Shown here piece after piece: positions 1 through 10,738 of a stretch of DNA of 64,000 bases. Under the pieces are notes generated by a model. The model did not search any database and had not been told where the DNA came from. It worked only from the letters and a program-made list of their open reading frames with translations. Position 1 is the stretch's first letter, and every line of letters starts with the position of its first letter. The DNA is from an uncultured delta proteobacterium (GTDB lineage: Bacteria; Desulfobacterota; BSN033; UBA1163), in the NCBI GenBank assembly GCA_963765435.1, contig CAVXWK010000001.1:699294-763293 (forward strand), written 5' to 3'. Made by a program: the position numbers and the translations under genes.

Positions 1-116
1 TTCCCGGAAAGAATCATCTTCTTCAATTGATCGTAGACTCCTTCACTAAGCAAGGATCGCTTCACCTTCCTCGGGAATATCTCGCCAATGATTGTATCCG
101 GAATTTTATTCTTCAT
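1..116 (-). CDS. GntR-family transcriptional regulator, N-terminal part (partial, continues beyond window)
   Basis: rc translation MKNKIPDTIIGEIFPRKVKRSLLSEGVYDQLKKMILSG resembles GntR/FadR HTH N-terminus; ATG at 116-114. Confidence 0.45.
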   Translation of the reverse strand, partial: MKNKIPDTIIGEIFPRKVKRSLLSEGVYDQLKKMILSG

Positions 117-375
117 TCTTAAGTCCCCCTGTCTGACATAAGATCAGTCCGAATCTCTATTCTTCATACTGCCCTACCCTATTATTCCTTGGAACACCGT
201 ACAATGCAACCGCGTTCTGCTTCCGGAAGACACCAGAGTGTCCTGAAACAGCGTCCAAGTTTACTAAGATAGTAAGATGAAGTCAACGAAGATTTGGTAT
301 AAAAGACTCCCTTTAAGAACAAGAGAGTCGATGTGTATTGCAAAAACAGTTATTTTGGTGTAAAAAGCATCAAGA

Positions 376-1278
376 ATGGAAAGCAAAGATTTTTTGGATG
401 CAAAAGCTGTTGCCACGCTGACCATTGTGACTTTGCTTTGGGGGTTTAATTATGTTGCGATCAAATATTCAAACCAGGGTGTCTCCCCCATCTTTGCGTC
501 GACATTACGATCCGTCATTGCTTCCATTTGTGGGATATTCTACTGCTTCAGGCAGGAAGAGAAGCTATTCCACACGGATGTCATGCTCTTTCACGGAGTC
601 ATGGTGGGTCTTCTATTCGGAGCCGAGTTCGCTTGTATCTACTTGGGCCTGCTTTATACCAATGCGGCTCGCTCCGTCCTCTTTGTTTATCTGAGTCCCT
701 TTGTGGTAGCCATTGGGGCCCATTTCTTTCTTAAAGGGGATCGGTTGACCCTTCCAAAAATGGTAGGTCTTGTCTTGGCTTTTACGGGCATCTTCGTCGT
801 CTTCAGAGGTAGACCCAAAACAGCCAGGGCAGCCATGTTCCTGGGAGATGTTTTGCAGATCGCGGCCGCCGTCTTATGGGGAGCCACAACCCTTTACATC
901 AAGAGGTTCATGGCAAACAGGGTTGAACCTATTCACACCTTCCTCTATCAGCTTTTTTTCTCCATCCCCATCCTGCTCATCGTGAGTATCATCCTTGAGC
1001 CGAGGTGGATTGTCAAGATGGATCCTTATATCATCGCCTCTCTCCTCTATCAATCGATCATCATCGCCTTTATTACCTATTTGGTATGGTTTAAGCTCAT
1101 CCACAAATATCCGGTCAGCAGGCTCTCCGCTTTCACCTTTTTCACCCCTATCTTCGGGGTTCTTTTCGGTATTCTTCTTCTCCACGAAGAGCTCACCGTC
1201 TCTTTGATGATAGGCCTTCCCATGGTCTCCATGGGGATTTTTCTTGTGAACTGGAGAAAAAGAGGGATAGCCGTTTGA
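376..1278 (+). CDS. DMT/EamA-family membrane transporter
   Basis: 300-aa polytopic membrane protein with two EamA-like halves (WGFNYVAIK...). Confidence 0.8.
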   Translation: MESKDFLDAKAVATLTIVTLLWGFNYVAIKYSNQGVSPIFASTLRSVIASICGIFYCFRQEEKLFHTDVMLFHGVMVGLLFGAEFACIYLGLLYTNAARSVLFVYLSPFVVAIGAHFFLKGDRLTLPKMVGLVLAFTGIFVVFRGRPKTARAAMFLGDVLQIAAAVLWGATTLYIKRFMANRVEPIHTFLYQLFFSIPILLIVSIILEPRWIVKMDPYIIASLLYQSIIIAFITYLVWFKLIHKYPVSRLSAFTFFTPIFGVLFGILLLHEELTVSLMIGLPMVSMGIFLVNWRKRGIAV

Positions 1279-1292
1279 TGTGAGGTCCTCCT

Positions 1293-1907
1293 ATGCCCAC
1301 TGGAATATTTATTGCTCTCTTCGGTTATCTTTTAGGTTCGGTTCCTACGGGGCTTATTCTCACCAAGCTCTTCTCCAAGGTTGACCCGAGAAAGATAGGA
1401 AGCAAAAATATCGGTGCAACCAATATTTTCCGAACGGCGGGGGAGTTATTGGGCATCCTGACGCTGGTCGGAGATGTGTTAAAGGGGATGATCCCTGCCG
1501 TGATCGCCATGTATTGGGTTCTGGGGGATCAGTGGGGCCTTTCGCATCACACGTGGATAGCCATCGCCGGGTTGAGCGCATTTCTCGGCCATGTCTTCTC
1601 GATTTTTCTTGGATTTAAGGGAGGAAAAGGGGTGGCTACCGCTCTCGGGGTTTACCTCCCGATCTCAACCATCTCCGTTCTCATCGAATGCCTTCTCTTT
1701 GTGGGAATTGTGTGGAAGTGGAGGTTCATCTCGCTGGGGTCCATTGCTTGCGCAACAACTATCCCGATTCTGATTGCTTTTTTCAGAAACGATTCTCAGG
1801 CGTACTTCATCATAAGCGTTGTTATGGCCGGCGTGATTCTCTATCGGCACCAGTCAAATATCTCCAGGCTTCTGCAAGGGACGGAAAGCAAATGGAAAGC
1901 CAAATAG
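1293..1907 (+). CDS. plsY: glycerol-3-phosphate acyltransferase PlsY
   Basis: GSKNIGATN motif and PlsY-typical length (204 aa). Confidence 0.9.
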   Translation: MPTGIFIALFGYLLGSVPTGLILTKLFSKVDPRKIGSKNIGATNIFRTAGELLGILTLVGDVLKGMIPAVIAMYWVLGDQWGLSHHTWIAIAGLSAFLGHVFSIFLGFKGGKGVATALGVYLPISTISVLIECLLFVGIVWKWRFISLGSIACATTIPILIAFFRNDSQAYFIISVVMAGVILYRHQSNISRLLQGTESKWKAK

Positions 1908-1968
1908 AATGCGGATTGCGGAACTAAAGAAGACAGGATACTCTGATGTTCTGGTCCCCGCAGTTTCT

Positions 1969-2478
1969 TTACAGTTTCTTCAACGCGGCCCTGGTCCTTT
2001 TTTCCTTTTTTGAAAGTCTTCTTGCGAGTCCCTTTTTCTTAACTCCTTTCTCCTCTTCCTGCTCTTCTTCAATTCCCTCTTCGAATCTGCCAGAAGCGTG
2101 CTCCAGCTTCTCTTGAAATTGCTCCGATGGAATGACGGCGGCGCCCATTCGCTCTGCAAATTTTGATATATCCCGATCCGAAGTGATGACAATCGCGGCC
2201 GAACCTTTCTCTCTGACCAGCCGTTTGATCACCTCATCCGCCTTCTCCCCCATTCTGGAGTAGATGACCTCGATCCCTCGTTTGATCTCTCTTTGCTCCG
2301 TTGCCCAGCCTCCCAGCCATCCATCGAAAACCAACGTCATCGCGGAGGGTTTAAGTTTTTGGTAGCCTGAAAGTTGGTCGATAAGATGGTCGCGCTCCTG
2401 CCGGAGTTGAGCGGAATTGAGGCGGGTCAAGGAGTGAGCAACGTGGAGGAGATTATAGCCATCGATGAGGAGATGCAT
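1969..2478 (-). CDS. NYN-domain (YacP-like) predicted RNA-binding/ribonuclease protein
   Basis: N-terminus MHLLIDGYNLLH typical of YacP/NYN; Glu/Lys-rich tail. Confidence 0.7.
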   Translation of the reverse strand: MHLLIDGYNLLHVAHSLTRLNSAQLRQERDHLIDQLSGYQKLKPSAMTLVFDGWLGGWATEQREIKRGIEVIYSRMGEKADEVIKRLVREKGSAAIVITSDRDISKFAERMGAAVIPSEQFQEKLEHASGRFEEGIEEEQEEEKGVKKKGLARRLSKKEKRTRAALKKL

Positions 2479-2562
2479 GCCGATTGCGGATTGGCGATTG
2501 CGGAATGCGGAATAGATATTAGAAAATCCGAAATCCGCATTCCGAATTCCGTAATAGGGGTA

Positions 2563-3480
2563 TCAGAGATAATCCAGCCACTCCCGATAGTTCGGGTTTT
2601 TCCCTTTGACGATTTCAAAAAAGGCAGCTTGGAGCTCCTTGGTCACTGGGCCTGGCTTCCCATTTCCGATAAGACGATCATCGACCTCGCGGATGGGCGT
2701 CAACTCAGCGGCCGTCCCCGTAAAAAAGGCCTCCTCGGCCGTGTAAAGCTCATCTCGAGTAAATCGCTCCTCCAACAGGGTGATCTTCTTTGCCTTGGCG
2801 ATCTGAATCACAGAATCCCGGGTGATGCCGGAGAGAATGGAGGTGAGCGGCGTCGTTTTCACCATCCCGTTTTTTACCATGAAGATATTCTCTCCGCTGG
2901 CCTCGGAGACATAGCCCTCGGTATCGAGCATCAGAGCCTCGTCGTATCCCATCTTCGTGACTTCTCTCTTGGCCAGAACGGAGTTGACATAATTGCCGCA
3001 AATCTTCGCTTTGGTCATCATCACGTTGACATGGTGACGGGTGAAGGAGGAGACCTTTACCCGGATTCCCTTCTCTAAAGCTCCTTCTCCCAGATAGGCC
3101 CCCCATGACCATGTGATAATCGCCGCTTGGATCGGGTTATCCCCCGGATAAACCCCCATGAGCCCGTCTCCAATGAAGACGATTGGCCGGATATAACCTT
3201 CTCTCAATTGATTCACCCGCAATGTCTCTTTGCAAGCGTCTGAAATTTCTCTCTTGGAATAAGGGATTTTGATATCTCCGATCTGAGCCGAATCGAAGAG
3301 TCGATCGACATGCTCCCTTAATCTGAAGACTGCGGATTTCCCGTCATGACAGAGATAACATCGGATCCCTTCAAAGACAGCCAAGCCGTAATGAAGACTA
3401 TGCGTCAGGATGTGGACGTTGGCCTCTTCCCAAGGGATCAATTTCCCATTCATCCAGATTTTCGATACTTTCTCCACCAT
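2563..3480 (-). CDS. ilvE: branched-chain amino acid aminotransferase
   Basis: 305 aa; class IV aminotransferase motifs ([20 protein letters not shown]). Confidence 0.9.
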   Translation of the reverse strand: MVEKVSKIWMNGKLIPWEEANVHILTHSLHYGLAVFEGIRCYLCHDGKSAVFRLREHVDRLFDSAQIGDIKIPYSKREISDACKETLRVNQLREGYIRPIVFIGDGLMGVYPGDNPIQAAIITWSWGAYLGEGALEKGIRVKVSSFTRHHVNVMMTKAKICGNYVNSVLAKREVTKMGYDEALMLDTEGYVSEASGENIFMVKNGMVKTTPLTSILSGITRDSVIQIAKAKKITLLEERFTRDELYTAEEAFFTGTAAELTPIREVDDRLIGNGKPGPVTKELQAAFFEIVKGKNPNYREWLDYL

Positions 3481-3674
3481 GAGCTGATCCCTCCATTAGA
3501 AATTACAAGTGCCGGGACGGTCTTTACGTTACGGCTAAGAAACCCGATCGATATAACCTCCAAGAAGTATCATTTTCTATCCTATTTTAGGTCAATTGTC
3601 AAAAGAAAGTTTACAAGTTCTCTCTACTATGTTAATTGTTAAGCCACTATCGAAGCACAGGCAGGAGGCCCAAA

Positions 3675-4619
3675 ATGGAAAGGACGTTGATTACAGGAGG
3701 AGCAGGATTTCTTGGCTCTCATCTCTGCGATTTTTTTATTGCTCAGGGACACGAGGTGATCTGTATGGATAACTTGATTAAGGCAGAAAACATTGAAAAT
3801 ATCGCTCCCCTCATGGGACATGAGAGATTCAAATTTATCAAATACGATGTAACCGAATATCTTCATGTGGAGGGGCGGCTCGACCATGTTCTCCACTTTG
3901 CATCCCTCGCCAGTCCAAAGGATTACCTGGATTATCCCATTCAGACGTTGAAAGTAGGGTCATTGGGCACTCATAAAGCACTCGGTTTGGCAAAGGAAAA
4001 GAAAGCAAATTTTCTCCTCGCCTCGACTTCTGAAGTCTATGGAGACCCCATGATCCATCCCCAGGCCGAATCGTATCCGGGAAACGTCGATCCTGTTGTG
4101 CCAAGAGGCGTCTATGACGAAGCCAAACGGTTTGCGGAAGCTATCACCATGGCCTACCATCGAACTCACGGTCTTCGAACTCGAATTGCGAGGATCTTCA
4201 ATACGTATGGTCCACGCATGAGGCTTGACGACGGAAGGGCCTTGCCCAACTTTATGGTTCAGTCATTGAAGGGAGAGGACCTCACGGTTTATGGAGCGGG
4301 CACGCAAACCCGAAGTTTCTGCTATGTGGACGACTTAATTGAGGGAATCAAAAGGCTTCTTGATTCCGACGAAGCAGAACCCGTCAACCTCGGAAACCCT
4401 GAGGAGATCACTGTGCTGGATTTCGCCAAAGAGATCATCCGCTTGACCGGAAGTAAGAGTCGGATCCTTTTCTGTCCCTTACCCCAGAATGACCCCAAAG
4501 TAAGACAGCCGGATATCACCAAGGCGAAGACGATATTAGGCTGGGAACCTAAAGTGAGCCGCCATGAAGGGTTGAAGAGGACGCTCCTTTATTTTAAGAA
4601 GAAGCTGCCTGGGGCTTAG
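3675..4619 (+). CDS. NAD-dependent epimerase/dehydratase (UDP-glucuronate decarboxylase/UDP-xylose synthase-like)
   Basis: [11 protein letters not shown] Rossmann motif; YDEAKR catalytic motif; RBS GGAGG upstream of ATG 3675. Confidence 0.85.
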   Translation: MERTLITGGAGFLGSHLCDFFIAQGHEVICMDNLIKAENIENIAPLMGHERFKFIKYDVTEYLHVEGRLDHVLHFASLASPKDYLDYPIQTLKVGSLGTHKALGLAKEKKANFLLASTSEVYGDPMIHPQAESYPGNVDPVVPRGVYDEAKRFAEAITMAYHRTHGLRTRIARIFNTYGPRMRLDDGRALPNFMVQSLKGEDLTVYGAGTQTRSFCYVDDLIEGIKRLLDSDEAEPVNLGNPEEITVLDFAKEIIRLTGSKSRILFCPLPQNDPKVRQPDITKAKTILGWEPKVSRHEGLKRTLLYFKKKLPGA

Positions 4620-5224
4620 ATTTTGGTCTCGGAACTGAGACGAAAAGTATCTCGCGCAGGAGGCAAGATGCTGATTTGAATCCTTTTTTGTAGGGTGGCC
4701 TTCGCAGTCTGAACTCCGGAAAGAATCTCCGAAAGATGCTCTTCTCCTTCAGCGAAACAAAACCTTAGCCTCTTGACCCATTCACCATGGAATGGGCTCC
4801 CACTGAGGTCCAAACAATTCGCGATCCCTTCGATGAGAACCTGGGCCATTTTGCCACAATTTACATTGGTGCCCTCTTCATAGGGTAGAGAAAGGCAGAC
4901 GTCAAATGCCTCGAGTCTCTTCACGATTTGCAAGAGGCGAGGAGGGACTTCCCTGAGGCGAAGATGGCCGTATTCCCTCATAGGCCCGAGGCCAAGTAGA
5001 AGGACCATCCGGGACATGACCCTTCCCTCCGAAGGGATCAAGATCGTTTCGTTCCAGTCACCGGACAGGTTCTTTTCAATCAAAAATCGGGAGAACTTTC
5101 CGTTGAACCTCCAATCGATCCAACCGCTCGAACCCCTAAGAGGCCTCTCATCCCTGAAGAATCCGCTGACAAGAAGATCGCACTCTTGAACATCAACCCT
5201 TTCTTTGGAGAGAATGATATCCAT
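4616..5224 (-). CDS. hypothetical protein, leucyl-aminopeptidase N-terminal-domain-like
   Basis: 202-aa ORF with pattern resembling Peptidase_M17_N stand-alone domain; weak. Confidence 0.45.
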   Translation of the reverse strand: MDIILSKERVDVQECDLLVSGFFRDERPLRGSSGWIDWRFNGKFSRFLIEKNLSGDWNETILIPSEGRVMSRMVLLLGLGPMREYGHLRLREVPPRLLQIVKRLEAFDVCLSLPYEEGTNVNCGKMAQVLIEGIANCLDLSGSPFHGEWVKRLRFCFAEGEEHLSEILSGVQTAKATLQKRIQISILPPARDTFRLSSETKI

Positions 5225-5235
5225 CTTCCTTAACC

Positions 5236-5284
5236 TAACCCCCCTCTTTCCCCCCTTAATTTAACGGGGGATGAAGGGGGGTTA
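5236..5284. repeat. 48-bp double-hairpin palindromic element (copy A)
   Basis: TAACCCCCCTCTTTCCCCCCTTAATTTAACGGGGGATGAAGGGGGGTTA; near-identical copy at 16253-16302. Confidence 0.6.
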
Positions 5285-5324
5285 CATGAGAGAAAAACCG
5301 CCTCACCTTTCTCTTCTCCCCAGA

Positions 5325-5551
5325 GAGACTGTGTCACAATTTATAAAAGCCCGTCCCAAATAGGGCGGAAAAGGCGGTCGGGTGGAAAAGCTTTAGAGCG
5401 GCAACCTTTACGCGTGAAATTCAGACCTTGAAGATCCATGAGATGACTCCATTTTCCATAAGCACCCATTAGTCATTCCTAAAAGACCGCATTCTAAAGC
5501 ATTGAAACCCGACTGTCTCTTCCGCCAGGGCGGCGATTACGACACAGTCTC
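5325..5551. mobile_element. 227-bp MITE-like element with 11-bp terminal inverted repeats GAGACTGTGTC (copy 1)
   Basis: near-identical reverse-complement copy at 42061-42287; no ORF; flanked by CTCTCC...GGAGAG hairpin arms. Confidence 0.6.
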
Positions 5552-5564
5552 AGAGGAGAGGGAG

Positions 5565-6002
5565 TCAGGGTGAGGAGGATTTTGTGTCGATAGGTTTTTT
5601 GACAACCTCATTCTGTATTCGGTCCAAAATGCCGTTAATGAAATTTCCAGACTCCTCGGATCCATACCGTTTTCCGAGATCGATGGCTTCGTTGATGGTA
5701 ACTTTGGGAGGAATCTCTTCACAGTAGAGGAGTTCAAACAGAGCCATACGAAGGATATTTCGGTCGATCATGTTGATGCGATCTAAACGCCAATTTTCTA
5801 AGTATTGTTCGATCAGCCGATCTAACTCTCGACAGTGCTCCAAAACACCCAGGACAAGCCGTTTCAGAAAAGGATCCACCTCTTCTTGGGGTGAAAAATT
5901 TTCCTGAAATTGGGCGAGAGCCTTATTGGCATCTTCCTTCGTTATATTCAATTGATAAAGAACCTGGAGGGCAAACTCCCTCGATTTTCTTCTTCTCCCC
6001 AA
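5565..6002 (-). CDS. nusB: transcription antitermination factor NusB
   Basis: MGRRRKSREFALQVLYQ NusB N-terminus. Confidence 0.9.
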   Translation of the reverse strand: MGRRRKSREFALQVLYQLNITKEDANKALAQFQENFSPQEEVDPFLKRLVLGVLEHCRELDRLIEQYLENWRLDRINMIDRNILRMALFELLYCEEIPPKVTINEAIDLGKRYGSEESGNFINGILDRIQNEVVKKPIDTKSSSP

Positions 6003-6003
6003 A

Positions 6004-6483
6004 CTACCCTTTACCCTTTCCTATCTCCTTCAGGAGATTGGCCATTTCGATGGCTGACGTTGCCGCGTCAAAACCTTTGTTCCCGATTTTGGTCCCTGCC
6101 CTTTCAATCGCCTGTTCGATGGTATCGGTGATCAATACCCCGAAGGAGATGGGAACTTCACTTTCCAAGGTGAGACTGGCAATTCCTTTGGTGACTTCAT
6201 TAGCAATGTACCCAAAATGAGGGGTCGCTCCACGGATCACCGAACCCAAGCAGATGATGGCGTCGTATCCTCCGCTCTTGACCAACTTTTTGGCGGCAAG
6301 AGGAATCTCAAAGGCTCCTGGAACCCGAGCCACCGTGCAATCCCCCTCCTCTGCCCCGCTTCGCAGCAAGGCATCCATCGCCCCTTCAAGAAGTCGCTCG
6401 CCGATGAAGTCATTGAATCGGCTTAACACAATCCCGAATTTGAGTCCCTTTGCCGTCAGTTTTCCCTCGAAGGTCTTCACCAT
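6004..6483 (-). CDS. ribH: 6,7-dimethyl-8-ribityllumazine synthase
   Basis: [14 protein letters not shown] motifs. Confidence 0.9.
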   Translation of the reverse strand: MVKTFEGKLTAKGLKFGIVLSRFNDFIGERLLEGAMDALLRSGAEEGDCTVARVPGAFEIPLAAKKLVKSGGYDAIICLGSVIRGATPHFGYIANEVTKGIASLTLESEVPISFGVLITDTIEQAIERAGTKIGNKGFDAATSAIEMANLLKEIGKGKG

Positions 6484-6665
6484 TCGCTTCTCCTTTCAAC
6501 AACAAAATAACGTGACCGTGTCCCTGCCTACCGGCAGGCAGGCGTGCCGCGTGATTCGTGTCTCGTGACCCGCGAATCTTCCCCAACCCCTCCTGCGGGC
6601 TCCTTGTTTCATAATGCATAACTTGCAACTCAAAACTCATAACTCTTAATTCTTAACTCCCGGTT

Positions 6666-7877
6666 TTAGTCTCCCGATTTGATGGAAAGCAGATGCCCCA
6701 TCTTCTTCGCTTTGGCCTTGAGGTATTCAATATTTTCTTGATGGGGTTTTGTCTCGATGGCCACCCTCTCGACCACCTCGATGCCATATCCCTGCAGACC
6801 GATGATTTTTCGAGGATTGTTTGTCATCAGGCGAATCTTATGCAGACCAAGATCGGCGAGGATCTGAGCCCCGATTCCATAATCCCTCATATCGGCCTTG
6901 AATCCAAGAGCCTCATTCGCCTCCACCGTATCCTTACCCATGTCTTGGAGACAGTAGGCTCTCAGCTTATTGACCAGCCCGATTCCTCTGCCTTCCTGCC
7001 TCATATAGACGATGACCCCTTTTCCCTCTTTCTCCACCATGGCCATAGCTGTATGAAGTTGCTCCTCACAGTCACACCGCTTCGATCCGAACACATCCCC
7101 GGTCAGGCATTGCGAGTGAACTCTTACCAAGACAGTATCTTCAGGTTTGATGTCCCCCTTCACCAAGGCGATATGGTGATAGGGATCCACATCGTTCTCA
7201 TACGCGATGGCCGTAAATACACCCCCGTATTTTGTGGGGATGGTGGCTGTGACAATCCTCCGGACTAAGAACTCCTTACTCAGGCGATATTTGATCAAAT
7301 CGGCAATAGTGACGATCTTCAGTCCATGCTCTTCAGCAAAGGCCAGGAGGTCCGGCATCCTGGCCATGGTCCCGTCATCTTTCATGATCTCGCAGATCAC
7401 GCCTGCCGACTTCAACCCCGCCAATCTTGCTAAGTCGACCGATCCTTCGGTCTGGCCGGTTCGGACCAACACTCCACCCTGCATTGCTCTTAACGGAAAG
7501 ATGTGCCCGGGCGAGACCAAATCCTCGGGTTGGGTGCCTTCATCCACGGCCGTCAAGATAGTGGTTGCCCGGTCACCGGCCGAAATGCCCGTGGTCACGC
7601 CTTTGCGTGCATCGATCGAGACGGTGAACGCGGTCTGAAATCGTGAGGTGTTTTCAGAGACCATCATCGGGAGACGAAGCTCATTCAGCCTCTCGTCCGT
7701 CAATGAAAGACAGATCAGTCCCCTCCCGTATCTCGCCATGAAATTGATGGCCTCAGGCGTCACCTTCTCCGCTGCCATCGTGAGATCGCCTTCATTTTCC
7801 CGGTCTTCGTCGTCGACCAGGATCACCATCTTCCCGTGGCGAATGTCCTCTAACGCAGCTTCAATTCTATGAATCAT
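6666..7877 (-). CDS. ribBA: bifunctional 3,4-dihydroxy-2-butanone-4-phosphate synthase / GTP cyclohydrolase II
   Basis: [11 protein letters not shown] (DHBP synthase) and C-terminal GTP cyclohydrolase II domain. Confidence 0.9.
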   Translation of the reverse strand: MIHRIEAALEDIRHGKMVILVDDEDRENEGDLTMAAEKVTPEAINFMARYGRGLICLSLTDERLNELRLPMMVSENTSRFQTAFTVSIDARKGVTTGISAGDRATTILTAVDEGTQPEDLVSPGHIFPLRAMQGGVLVRTGQTEGSVDLARLAGLKSAGVICEIMKDDGTMARMPDLLAFAEEHGLKIVTIADLIKYRLSKEFLVRRIVTATIPTKYGGVFTAIAYENDVDPYHHIALVKGDIKPEDTVLVRVHSQCLTGDVFGSKRCDCEEQLHTAMAMVEKEGKGVIVYMRQEGRGIGLVNKLRAYCLQDMGKDTVEANEALGFKADMRDYGIGAQILADLGLHKIRLMTNNPRKIIGLQGYGIEVVERVAIETKPHQENIEYLKAKAKKMGHLLSIKSGD

Positions 7878-7886
7878 TTGGACCTC

Positions 7887-8540
7887 TCAATCTCCTTTGA
7901 TAAAACCGTGCTCTATTAAGAAAGAACGATCCATTTCCCCCGATTTCTTATTTCCTTGGCCAATCAATTTTTCAACGTATTTTCCTAAGATGTCCGCTTC
8001 CAGGTTGACTCGATCCCCGGCTTTCTTATCCTTGAGCGTCGTTTTCTCAATCGTGTATGGAATCAAGGTTATTTGAACTTCCTCTCTCCAATGTTCATTC
8101 ACCGTCAGACTGATTCCGTCAATGGCGATGGATCCTTTTTGTACAACGTACCTTGATACGGGCTCGGGAATCTTTATCCTCAATTGAAAGAAATCCCTTT
8201 CCTTCCTCTTTTCAACAATCACCCCAATCCCATCAATGTGCCCGGTTACGATGTGACCTCCCAGGCGATCTGTCAGCCTCAGAGCCCTTTCAAGATTGAC
8301 TTGGTCCCCCTCCTTCAATTCTCCCAACACTGTTCTCTCAAGAGTCTCTTGGGAAAGATCAAGTTCGATCACCTGCTCCTTATTCCGAACGACGGTGAGA
8401 CAAACTCCATTTACATTAATACTATCACCGAGTTGCACTTCTGTCAAATGAGGTGGAAGTCCTATGGCCAACCTTTTTTCTTGCCCCTGGTATTCTACCC
8501 TCATCACTTTTCCTCTGCCCTCTATGATTCCGGTGAACAT
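7887..8540 (-). CDS. ribE: riboflavin synthase alpha subunit
   Basis: MFTGIIEG start; ATGA overlap with ribD stop; long upstream ORF extension judged non-coding. Confidence 0.85.
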   Translation of the reverse strand: MFTGIIEGRGKVMRVEYQGQEKRLAIGLPPHLTEVQLGDSINVNGVCLTVVRNKEQVIELDLSQETLERTVLGELKEGDQVNLERALRLTDRLGGHIVTGHIDGIGVIVEKRKERDFFQLRIKIPEPVSRYVVQKGSIAIDGISLTVNEHWREEVQITLIPYTIEKTTLKDKKAGDRVNLEADILGKYVEKLIGQGNKKSGEMDRSFLIEHGFIKGD

Positions 8541-9637
8541 TACTTTTTCCCCTGTTCTAAATAGCCCTCTAAGAGTATATCTTCTCCAATTCTTCTTGCT
8601 TTTATCTCCTTCAGAGGAATGGCTTCTTGAAGTTTGGATACACCTCTTCCTCCAAAGATTCCCGGTGCATGAGGGTCGCCGATCAGCTTGGGAGAAAGAA
8701 AGAGAAGAAGTTTGTCGATCAGACCTTCGTCGAGAAACGATCCATTGACCCGATTTCCTCCCTCGACCATAAGACTCACCATGCCGATCTCCCCCAATTT
8801 GGAAAGACATGACTTCAGATCGATTCTGCCCCCTTTGGATTCGAGGGTGAGGATCCGAACTCCTCTCTTTCCCAGTCTTTCTATTTTATCTTTAGGGGCT
8901 GACTCCGTTGCGACGATGATTACCTTTGTGGGAGAGTCTCCAAAGACTTTGGCCTCTTCCGGAACCTTCAATTGACTATCGAGAACAATCCGGTAGGGAT
9001 CTCTGCCCCCCTTGATTCGGGCTGTAAGCAACGGGTCATCTCCTAATATCGTCCCAATGCCCACAAGAACTCCATCGACCTGATCCCTCAATTTATGGAC
9101 GAAACGTCGTGAGGTCTCTCCGGAAATCCATTTGGAATTACCTTCCCGGGTTGCTATCTTTCCGTCCAGGGTAGCAGCGACCTTCAGAATCACAAAAGGC
9201 TCTTTTGCCGTGATATACTTACAGAAGGCTTCATTCAATTTCCGACATTCTTTCTCTAAAATTCCCACACGGACGCTGAGGCCCGCCTTTTTCAAAGTCT
9301 CGATCCCTTTTCCCTTTACCAACGGGTTGGGATCCTCGACGCCAATAGTCACGCTTTTGACACCCGCTTCAATCACTTGGGGAGCGCAGGGAGGAGTCTT
9401 TCCATAATGCGTGCACGGCTCCAGATTGATATAAAGGGTGGCTCCTTTCGCTTGTTCCCTTGCCCGTTGGAGTGCGATGATTTCGGCATGAGCCTCTCCT
9501 GCTCTCGCATGGTATCCTTCGCCGACCACGTTGCCATTTTTCACTAGAATGGCGCCGACCAAAGGATTGGGTGAAGTTCTTCCCCTCCCTTTCTCTGCGA
9601 GGCGGAGTGCTTTCCTCATCCAGTGTTCATCGTCCAT
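8540..9637 (-). CDS. ribD: bifunctional riboflavin deaminase/reductase RibD
   Basis: HAEIIAL...PCTHYGKTPPC deaminase motif plus reductase domain. Confidence 0.9.
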   Translation of the reverse strand: MDDEHWMRKALRLAEKGRGRTSPNPLVGAILVKNGNVVGEGYHARAGEAHAEIIALQRAREQAKGATLYINLEPCTHYGKTPPCAPQVIEAGVKSVTIGVEDPNPLVKGKGIETLKKAGLSVRVGILEKECRKLNEAFCKYITAKEPFVILKVAATLDGKIATREGNSKWISGETSRRFVHKLRDQVDGVLVGIGTILGDDPLLTARIKGGRDPYRIVLDSQLKVPEEAKVFGDSPTKVIIVATESAPKDKIERLGKRGVRILTLESKGGRIDLKSCLSKLGEIGMVSLMVEGGNRVNGSFLDEGLIDKLLLFLSPKLIGDPHAPGIFGGRGVSKLQEAIPLKEIKARRIGEDILLEGYLEQGKK

Positions 9638-9728
9638 ACATTTATTGAAAAAAATCGTGACAGTGGTTCGTGACTGTGACTGGTGCCTTAAATGATTTAC
9701 CCACCAGCCTCCTCACAAATCACCAACA

Positions 9729-10202
9729 CTATTTTTTCTTGGCCTCTTCCTTGTTCCCAAGCAGGTCCTTCAGCTCGTCAATAAATTCTTGAATATCCTT
9801 GAACTGCCTGTAGACAGAGGCAAAGCGCACATAAGCGACCCCGTCTAAACGATGGAGTTCCTCCATCACCCGCTCCCCGATCTCAGAGCTTTTTACTTCT
9901 CTTTCTCCTCTTTCCTGGAAATGAAGCTCCAGGCGATTAACAATCTTTTCGATCACGTTGATGCTGATCGGCCTCTTTTCGCAGGCCTTTTTTAGGCCGT
10001 TGAAGATTTTAAGGCGATTGAAAGGTTCTCTTCTCCCGTCCTTCTTGACGACCAGTGGTAGTGCGTCCTCCGCTCTCTCGCTGGTCGTGAACCGTTTATG
10101 GCAGCCGAGACACTCCCTCCTTCGTCGAATGGAGTCTTTGTCTTTTCCCAATCGGGAATCGACCACTTTGCTCTCAGGATGATTACAAAAAGGACATTTC
10201 AT
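9729..10202 (-). CDS. nrdR: transcriptional repressor NrdR
   Basis: MKCPFCNH...CLGC zinc ribbon and ATP-cone. Confidence 0.9.
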   Translation of the reverse strand: MKCPFCNHPESKVVDSRLGKDKDSIRRRRECLGCHKRFTTSERAEDALPLVVKKDGRREPFNRLKIFNGLKKACEKRPISINVIEKIVNRLELHFQERGEREVKSSEIGERVMEELHRLDGVAYVRFASVYRQFKDIQEFIDELKDLLGNKEEAKKK

Positions 10203-10738
10203 ATTTTTCGCCTAAACTTCTCAATTTTAATCCCTGACTCTTTTAGCATCTCTCTGGCCAGGGCATCCGCATAGCCGTCCTCATAAACGACGCTCTCAAT
10301 CCCGGCATTAATGATCATCTTCGAGCAAATCATACAAGGGTGGTTTGTGCAATAAAGGGTTGCTCCGCGGATTCCCACTCCATGGTAGGCCGCTTGGACA
10401 ATCGCATTCTGCTCGGCATGGAGGCCGCGGCAGAGTTCGTGTCGTTCCCCGGATGGGATTCCCTGCTTCTCGCGGAGGCAACCGATGTCTAGACAATGTT
10501 CCAGTCGGGAAGGAGCTCCATTGTAGCCGGTGGCCAAAATCTTCTTGTCTTTGACGAGAACAGCCCCTACCTGCCTTCGCAGGCAGGTTGACCGCTTGGC
10601 AACGAGATGGGTAATATCCATGAAATATTCTTCCCAGGAGGGTCGACGAAAGGAAAGCCTTTTTTTCTCTTTTGCTTTCAAGGGTGAGCCATTAGCGGAC
10701 GCTATACAGCCTTTCACGCATCCTGAAATCCGAAGCAC
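10199..10738 (-). CDS. dCMP deaminase (ComEB-like cytidine/deoxycytidylate deaminase)
   Basis: [11 protein letters not shown]...HAEQNAI...PCMICSK motifs; exact start uncertain (about 40-aa possible N-terminal extension). Confidence 0.8.
   Translation of the reverse strand: MLRISGCVKGCIASANGSPLKAKEKKRLSFRRPSWEEYFMDITHLVAKRSTCLRRQVGAVLVKDKKILATGYNGAPSRLEHCLDIGCLREKQGIPSGERHELCRGLHAEQNAIVQAAYHGVGIRGATLYCTNHPCMICSKMIINAGIESVVYEDGYADALAREMLKESGIKIEKFRRKI

Noticed and set aside
2374-3078. 234-aa plus-strand ORF
   Set aside because: Lies entirely antisense to the well-supported ilvE gene and has no family resemblance.
6693-7268. 191-aa plus-strand ORF
   Set aside because: Antisense to the well-supported ribBA gene; no family resemblance.
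7887-8810. Full 307-aa ORF upstream of ribE
   Set aside because: Only the C-terminal 217 aa, from MFTGIIEG, match riboflavin synthase. The Arg/Ser-rich upstream extension overlaps ribD, and the ATGA overlap at 8540 gives the canonical translational coupling.
9638-9728. FMN riboswitch upstream of ribD
   Set aside because: Only about 90 nt separate ribD from the nrdR stop, too short for an FMN element. I see no conserved FMN-aptamer motifs, and nrdR-ribD is probably one transcription unit.
10551-10600. CCTGCCTTCGCAGGCAGG hairpin resembling the intergenic hairpin at 6510-6530
   Set aside because: It lies inside the dCMP deaminase gene, where it encodes the conserved [10 protein letters not shown] motif. 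Coincidental palindrome.
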